DNA of 60,000 bases. It comes from Lama glama. Its lineage: Eukaryota. Position numbers and translations under genes: made by a program. Positions 51,900-60,000 of the stretch are shown here, piece after piece (the stretch's first letter is position 1; every line of letters starts with the position of its first letter). The notes under the pieces were generated by a model that was given only the letters and a program-made list of their open reading frames with translations, made no database searches and was not told the DNA's origin. The stretch is taken from assembly GCA_028534125.1 (NCBI GenBank), contig CM052818.1, positions 14,324,001-14,384,000 of the forward strand. The letters run 5' to 3'.

Positions 51900-52180
51900 G
51901 AGTTTTAACCGCATTCCTGTGTTGCTGGAATCCGTAAACTCTGGGGCAGAACCCTCCCAAATAGAAAATTAAGATTCCTTTTCCCAGCCTCCCTTGCAGT
52001 GAGTAAGTGCACGAAGTCGTGGCCCCCGTGTCCACCAGTTATACGCACCTGCATGGCTGTATGCCTTAGCCTGGTGCCCTGGCCCTCCTGGAAATGCTGG
52101 GAGCCTTAACAAGTTTCTTTTCTGCTAAATTAGCCAGAGTTGGTTTTTGTGGTTTGTGATCCAGAAGCCTCAGTGAACCA
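51900..52180 (+). mobile_element. ERVL-class LTR fragment (LTR33-like)
   Basis: tttcccagcctcccttgcag...tttcttttctgctaaattagccagagttggtttttgtggtttg. Confidence 0.7.
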
Positions 52181-53789
52181 GGTATGAACAGATCATTGAT
52201 TCCAAAGGAAAAAAGAAATTGTCAGACTCAGGAGAGGAAGTTTACCACAGCTGATAGTCAAAGAATCTCAAAGCAAGCTCGAGATGCTATATTGCAATGA
52301 TTTAAAAAAAAATGTTTTTGTGGCAAGGTTATCTTTGTTTACAGTTAGTAACTAAATGGATGCATTGTTGGGAAGCGGTAACAGGAAAATGAAGTAAAAT
52401 CTGTAAACATGCTCTCAGCTTTTGACCTACCAATTCCAAGAAAATGTGGCCAGGTATGTGGTAAGATGCAACTTGATTATTTGTGCATTTGTGAGAGAGA
52501 TTACTGATGCAGGCTTAAAATTTGGGGGGTTGGGAAGATTTTAGGGAGCCAAGGGATAAAGACTCAATTCCAGTTTCCTGAAATGTAGAATCCCTGAAAC
52601 TGTCAGGGTGGCCGAGGTCAAAGCCCAGAGCTGGAAAGGGCAATGAATCCCCAGAGAGAACATTTCCACAAAAGTGGAAAGAGATGGGCTTATGAGGTGT
52701 GTACCCTGTACTCAGGCGGGTAATTAAAAGAGACTATGGTCTGTGAAGTGGCCCCACCTGGAGGGACTTTATGCCCCTAGAAAATTGCCTTTGGAAAGAA
52801 CCATGTCAGAGCTGTAATTTTTGGAATGCAAGCCTTTGGTGGGGAGTGATCTTAGTGCTAAATACCTAGCACTTGGGGGAACATTTTAATAACTGGTGGT
52901 GCATTGACCCAAAAGAGCCCTTGAAATAAGAATCACAAAGTCTCTGAGCCACATGGCAAAATATATGTGACGTATATTTAAATGAATATATGATATAGAA
53001 TGAGTACATGTGGGTTTAGCTGTGTAGGATCATACACATGTGGGCAGTGGATTTATTAGAGAATTTTAAAAAAATCTTTAAGAATGCTTTTGTTATACTC
53101 TTTCCTATTGAGAATGTTGCATCTCTTATCAGTGTATTTCATTTAAAAAAATTTATGAATTAACCAAATCCTTATCTCAGGAATCAATTTTTTTTCTTTT
53201 GAAATAACCCAGGAGGGGCTGGGTTTTAAGCTGAGGCATGATTCATTTTGCCCCCTCTCTGAGGCTACAGAGCATCCTGCTAATGGAAGATCCTCCCACC
53301 TCCCCTCCCTCTGGCCTCACTCTCTTCTCTTCTTCCCTCTTCACTTTCTTCCAAATATTTATTGTGTTCCTACCAAGCCTTTTATCTGAGCTTACATTTG
53401 ATCCAAGAAGGACTTAAGCATGTAGATTGTCCAAATCTGGGCAGCTGTAGATTTGTAAGGCTGAATCAGGCACCAACTGGCCTCCAATTACACTGCACAC
53501 GCCTTTGAGAGCAGACGTGCTGCATGTCTGCCTGCCCTTAGAGCAACATGGGCACTGGCGGTCAGTGAGGAGCTGGGACTCTGAGAACCCAGGCTCAGGT
53601 GGCTGGTTTAAGGACCTGACACTGGTCGTTACAGTCCTAAAAGGCCACCTTTAAGGGGATGCTTTACACACGAGACCATGGTTCTGTGTTCCACGTTTCA
53701 TGACGACTTTTTCTGGGCCCACGGAGAAGCACAGGAACAGGATCGAGGTGAGGGACTTCCAGCAACAAGTTTAGTCTGAGAGAGTCTGG

Positions 53790-53990
53790 AAAGGCGTGTC
53801 TGAATTTAAATCCCCAGTTGCTATTTACACAGGTGCTTAAGTCTCTAAGCCTTGGTCTCCTCTGTACAATCAAGACGACCACCATGAATGAGCTCACAGA
53901 GCTACCACGAGGAGGCAACAAGATAACGCATCTCCCACGCTCAGCACCCTGCCGGCACGACGTTACAGCTAGTGTCAGTGGTTATTATTA
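53790..53990 (+). mobile_element. MIR SINE (degraded)
   Basis: tctgaatttaaatcccc...cttaagtctctaagccttggtctcctctgtacaat...ctcagcaccctgccggcac. Confidence 0.55.
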
Positions 53991-56900
53991 ACAAGACAAA
54001 GTCATCTGTCTGGAGAACAACAAAGGGTGAAATGTGTAACACCAGTTGTTCAAAGCCCTCTTCCTAAATCACCAGCTGTTTTTTTTCCAACCTGTTGTTC
54101 TGGCACATTCAGACCCAGCCCGTGTTCCTCACTTCTCAGCGAAGACCCTCTCCCTTTCCTCTGGGGTATGTTCACATGCACACGCCCACCTCCCCAGAGC
54201 CCGGACTGGCTGAAAATAACAACTCAGCTGAGCGAGCGTGGGACTGGGGGAGACATTGATCATGGCAACACCAGACCTGGTCAAAGCTTCAGAACACTTT
54301 GGGGTGCTGTGGTCTTGGTTCTACCAAGTGGTTCTCCAGTGTGGCTGTCTTCTGTTCCCTGCAGTGACAGTCCAGTCTCAGCTATAACAGTACCCTGGGA
54401 ACAAGTGTCTACCTCACAGGGTAGTGTCATCACAGGTGAAGAGCTAAGGGCCACACCAGATGCGGACAGTCAAAGTCCAGCAAATGCTGGCTGTCAGTGC
54501 AGAAACGACCCTCCTCTTGGATGGGCCCCAAGAGCTCTGAGGACAGCCCCGGGGTGGACCACAGGCCCTCCACTGGCCTCAGCTCACATCCCCAAGATCT
54601 GACACAGCTGGGCTGCTCCCCTGAGAGGCAGCTGTGATAGAGAAATGATGGAAATGCTAAGCATCACAATTAAAAAGATAATGTACAGACAGGTTCATCT
54701 TTGCAAACCGTTCTGCTATGGAATTTAAATCCCTTTCCCTCCTCACTGAGGAATGCTGGGCATTCCACTTTCCCTTCTTTTCCAAAAACTGATGGCAGTT
54801 TCTTCCACTCAGACCTCTGACTCAAGTAAATGGCTTTCCTCAAATTCTGCCTCAGCTCCCCCAGCCCTCAGGACACCCTTGGCCTTTTGAGTCATTCTGA
54901 GTCCGGGTACTTCCACCTCCCAACAGTGATGAGAGACTGTGTAAGAAGTAGGATGCTGAGTGGTGAGGCAACGGCCCCTTCATGGGGCCAGGCACCCAGG
55001 GAGAGTGCACACCCAGAAGGCTCATCTCTCGGCCAAATGAAGTTCCAACCATTAGCTCAGGCACTCAGCACTCCTCAAAGAGACAGATAACTAGCACCTT
55101 CTGGAAGGCTTTATTTGAAACAAACAAACAAAAATCCAATTCCTTAGACAAGCATTTGGTTAACTCATAAATGAACAGCATCCCAACATCAGCTCCTTTG
55201 CCTGCTGAGCTGGACCAATGTCTGAAGTCACCCCGCCCCCATGATGCTAAGGGACCCCTGCAGCTGCAAGTGGGACTAGACCCCTCAGGTCCTTCTGACT
55301 CATGCCCAGGCATCTGTTCTCCGAAGCCAGGTGCTCCCCAAACAAGCACCTTGGCGGGAAAGCCCAGGGGCGGTCTCAGCACAAGCAGTCAGGGGAAGGG
55401 TTTGAATGCACAAGTGGACGTGCTTTGTACACACAGGGAGCTTCAGGCCTGATTCCAAGAGGTGTTCCTTCTAGAACCACCACTCCTCCTTTTGCAGAGA
55501 AGAACTGGCTTTCAGAGAAGCTCCCTTCTTCCCATGTTTCTCAAACTCCACCCCCTGTTCGGGGCCAGCACTTTCATGCTGAGATAGGCAACATTTGGGG
55601 GCCTGGGCAGAAGGCGGGGGCTTTAGCACCCCACACTCACTCACACATAATCTCCATCAACCCCCACCCCGCAAAGCCACCCCTTGAGGTTGTTATTTGT
55701 TGATGTGGTTTTCTTGGTCTTATGTTGTAATGGACACTGGGGTGTCCATCACACCCATCCCACTCACGTCCACTCTGTAACGGCCTGGGTTTGGAGAGAT
55801 CAGGAGGGCACTCTGGTTGCCAGAGGTGATGTCTCTTGCAGCAGGTGTGGTTCAGGGATGGGTGCAAAACCTCTTAATCCACTCAGAGTGAAACTCAGTG
55901 TTTTGTTCTATGTTTGGAGGAAGACCCCCCCCCTCCCCGGACGTGACCAAAGACATGGTTCTGAAGGTGCTGGCAGCTGCCACACCCAGGAGGGAAGCCA
56001 GGCTGAGGCCAAAACTGACCCATGGAGGAGGGTGGGGTTAAGAGAATACAGACAAAGTCAACTGCAGTCCTGAGAATCTCTGGAGGAAGTCAGCACATAG
56101 ACGGGCCCTACCCAGGGATGTTTCAGTTGTACAAGCTGACAAAGTCTGTTATTTGCCCCATTTGGATGTGGACTTTCTGTTACTGAACTGTGAAGCCCTC
56201 TAATAAGATCATCTTTGGGAAAAAAAAATACAGGGGGCCTTTCCCTGGTAGTGGGAGAGGAGGAACTGATTTATGCAGTGCTGTCCTCATTTCTTCAAGC
56301 CCCTTTTAAAGAAAAGATTACCCGGGCGGGGAGGAAGCAGATGGTAAGGAGTAAGCCCCACAAGGGCTGCTCCCCAGAGTGGCTGGCACTTAGTAGGTGC
56401 TTTGCCAAGGCGATGAGGGAAGAATTATTGTCTGGCTGGTCAGTGAAGGGGCCACAGTTCCAAACATCGGGGCTCAGAGCCCATGCTCTTTCCCCAGAAG
56501 AGCAGAGGCCGGGCTCGCCAGATGAAGTAATCAGACCACACGTACCCAAAGCCACGGGGAAGCTGGGACAGCCGCGTGTTAACAGCGGGAAGCGGCTGCC
56601 CGGACACCAGTACACATGGGTCAGATGCATGCTGTCCCTGGCCATTTGACGAAGGCCCTGGGTGGGACAGTAAAACCTTGAGGGACATTTTCCCTCACAA
56701 AATCAGAGCCCGAGGAACAGCAAGACTGGAAATCATTTACTGTGACAGAGAAATGGAAGTGGTGATGGAACAGAGGGGACCCTCCAGGCAAACCCTGTGA
56801 GCCGAGGCTCACGCAGCCTCAGGGGAAAAAGACCCAGACTCTGGGATGCAGGACAGATGCTCCGCCTCCCACCATTTCTATGTCCCTCTGGGCTTCAGGG

Positions 56901-58134
56901 AGAGAAAACTCCCTTTCCCTTTAAAGAAGCAGTTCCAGAAACTCCACCAACGTTCCGCTTCCCCCATTCCCAGTCTGGACACAGAGGGTCCCCAGAGCCT
57001 GATCAACATTGGGGAGGATGCCTGGACATTTGCACTGGGCCCTGATGTGGAGCCCGTGGGACGACTGGCTGCGAGGACAGGACAGAGACCAGGCTCACCA
57101 GGGAGCAGCCACAGGCTTTGGGAAGCCGGGTGGGCAGGGGGCGAGTTGGGGCCCCAGCTTCTCTTCCTGCTGTGATGCCAACCTGACCCTGAGAAAACCC
57201 ATCCCCCCAACCCGTCCCCCCACCTCACATGACCTTTGAACAGTGACAACTGAGGCAACTGAGGCAATCAACCCCTTGCGCCTAGAAACCGGGGCGTTTC
57301 TGAGGACCCCAGCCTTCCGAGCTCCTTCATGGAAGGGAGAGGCAAATGAGGTGCTACCCCGGAAAAATCTGGATTCTACCAAATAATTCTACCCACTGTC
57401 ACAAACCCTCCCAGGTCACCCCGTTCACATGAATGAGTCTTGGGTTGGTGGCGCTTCCTCTATTTGAAGGAAAATTCCCTGAAGTGCGTGGGAAAGAAGC
57501 ATCTGTTTCTCACACATCTTGACCTTTAATTTAAAGGGAGAGAGTACGTCCCTCAAATTCCATTTCCTGAATCCCTCCTTTTAGAAGAAGTCTGGCCTTT
57601 TACAAAAACATACAAAGCTCCAAACAGGATGTAACATTCTTTCTCACATCTGGGCCAGTGGGATTTTTTTTTTAAACACAAGTTGAAAAGCTCTCATTTT
57701 TCTAGGGTGGACAGCATTCTTTAAGTAGGGGTTAAACTTTGAAAACCTTTGGAAGTTTTTCTCCCTTGGAAAATCTTTATTCAGTTCTGAACATAACAAA
57801 AGAGCACTTCACTTTAAGTGCTTGACCTAGTGAAGTGGCCAAAAATAAGGAGTTGGGGGGAGGTGGAGCCAAGAAAGAGGAACGAATTAAAAAATATAGA
57901 TACATGCATCAGCCACACCAAGGGAATGCACTTCAGACAACCAGCATAACTAGAAAACACCTACATGTGGATTGGTGGTGACATATACGATTATTTGCAG
58001 AACTAAAACAGGACAGTTAAGAGGGAGGGGGCAGAACCAGTAGCTCAGACACTGTAGATACAGTGAAACAGCCTCGAGGTTGGGGTAAAGGGGAGAACAG
58101 AGAGAGCACATACAAAACGTCCTTAAAAACTGTT

Positions 58135-58710
58135 CTCAGCACTCCTGGGCATTTCTTACCCCAGAGAAAGAAGATGTATGCCCACACAAAAACCCACGTA
58201 AATGTTTATAGTGGCTCTATTCATTAAAAACCAAAAACTAGAAACTACCCAAATGTCCTTCAGCAAGTGAATGGTTAAGCAAATGGTGGTACAGCCACCC
58301 CACTGAATACTACTCAGCACTGAAAAAGGAATGGATTATGAATACACACAGTAACCTGGATGAATCTCCAGAGAATTATGCCAAGTGAAAAGAGGCCAAT
58401 CCTGGAAGATGACATCCTGTGTGATTCCATTTATACAACATTCTTGAAATGACAAATTTATGGCAATGGAAAACAGACTGGTAGTTGCCAGAGGTTAAAG
58501 GGGACGGGGCTGGGAAGCAGGAGGAATCTTTGTGTTGATGGAAGTGTTCTGGATCTTGGCTGTATCAAGTGTTCTGGATGTGATACTGTACTATAGTTTT
58601 GTAAGATGATACCATTGGGGGAGCCGGGGTAAAGGGTACTACTGAATTACTTCTTAAAACGACATGTGACTCTATAATGATCATAAAATTAAAACCTTCA
58701 ATTAAAAAGA
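58135..58710 (+). mobile_element. L1MC1/2-like 3' end, flanked by further old L1 3' UTR sequence (~57880-58130, ~58715-58900)
   Basis: ctcctgggcattt...aacctggatgaatctccagagaattatgccaagtgaaaa...cattcttgaaatgacaaa...gatactgtactatagttttgtaagatgataccattggggg. Confidence 0.9.
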
Positions 58711-60000
58711 TAAGAACTGTGTCAGTTAATTATATTGGTGGTGGTATTATTGCTATTCTGAGTTTAGGCATGTAATATAGGATAAATTACATGAGTAATT
58801 ATAGGATATTCTAATTCAGAGCCTCCGGTGTCCTTGAGAGCCTTTATTTCTGAGTGAGAGACTAGGATGTAATGTAGGAAATGTTAAATAAAAACCCTGC
58901 CACCCTAAGCGGACAGTTCCACCTTTCTTCTTTAATGGCTTTTTGGGTTATGGATCAGGCTTAGAAAGGTTAGCTCAGATCACGGTAAAGACTCAAGCAT
59001 TCACCCTGCCTCTCCTATACAAATTCTCCCACTAGATGAGATATTCAAGCACCCCAACTAATAAACAAAAATCATGTGTCCAGAAGGAAATATCACAGCC
59101 ACACCCCCCATACACAACCTATCCTAAAAGTGCCAAAAACTTGGTGAGATCTTGCCAAGTGTCCACTGCTCAGTCTGACAGACCTCATTTCACTGACTTA
59201 AGATCTGTGGGTTATAAGAAGCATCATCACTCTAAATACAAAGAAAACACAACGCTGAGGTTGTGAATTGAAGATGCGTTCCAACTTCAGACATGCAAAG
59301 GTGATGAAAACAGCCTGTAATCAATCGAGAATGCCTGCTTCATATTCTGACAGTCTTAATTTACTGCTGCTCACTTTTCAGATGTGTAATCACAGACCAA
59401 TTTTATCACCCTCCTCTACCACCAAAAATTTGAGTAAAACAGCACATTATAGCAACAAAAATAAATGTGCACAATTCTCAAAATGTTAGTGTATGATTTA
59501 AAAAAAATCTATTTACCCTGACAGGATTGAAGATCACGATTCTATACGGCCTGTAATTTCAGCCCGTGAGCACGTCTTCGTTTGGATTTTCTAATCGCAT
59601 CTGTTGACATTGGCTCCTGATGACCCACAGGAGCCAGTCTTCCACCTGCTGCCCATCAACTTCCACGTTCAGGCCTCAGGCATCCTCAGCAAAGGCAGTA
59701 AGGAGAGCATGTACCACCAAACCCAGGCAGCAGGGGTCTGCGAGCCTCTGGAATTGTGCAAAGTGTTCCATCCATATCTGTTTTTTGTGGGATTCTGGGA
59801 TTGCTGGATAATTTCCTTCTGAGTGTGGCCTGCCTGCCATCTGCCTGGCTTTGTTAGGTAGGCTGTGATCAATCATGCTTATTTTCCAAGATGCTTTTTC
59901 TTAACTAAATATTTTGGTCCCAGGTTCACCTGTTGAGAACTGAACAACTTAATTCCAGTCCTGAGTAAGGCAAGGGCAAGGGAGTGTCACACTGAGATAA

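Noticed and set aside
54027..54602. 191-aa plus-strand ORF
   Set aside because: GTG start, no recognisable homology or coding-like composition
28000..60000. Exons of the syntenic neighbour SPTBN1 or any processed pseudogene
   Set aside because: No spectrin-repeat, PH-domain or other recognisable protein sequence in the ORF track or by eye

Overview
Mammalian, almost certainly camelid, genomic DNA, judged from a tRNA-Ala-derived Vic-1-type SINE and young camelid-type L1 3' ends. The only protein-coding sequence I can support is the first coding exon of EML6 (echinoderm microtubule-associated protein-like 6) on the minus strand: ATG at 26031, phase-2 GT donor after 25835, HELP motif. It sits in a bipartite CpG island (~25740-26480 and ~27080-27980) with a probable non-coding upstream exon and promoter. 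Positions 1-25834 are a long EML6 intron with no further coding exon, and ~27600-60000 is upstream intergenic DNA. The rest is mostly interspersed repeats (L1, L2, MIR, MaLR/ERVL/ERV LTRs, hAT and Tigger MITEs), microsatellites and one 100-N assembly gap. The most interesting signal is the EML6 5' leader: several strong-Kozak uORFs, one in frame with EML6 and separated from it by a single TGA, plus a (CGG)6 tract and a G-quadruplex motif 10 nt before the AUG. Other leads are an X-box-like promoter element, a 23-bp CCAAT tandem array, nested transposons and young L1 insertions with intact TSDs. I found no evidence for a genuinely new gene system. Repeat family names and boundaries come from recalled consensus sequences and are approximate.
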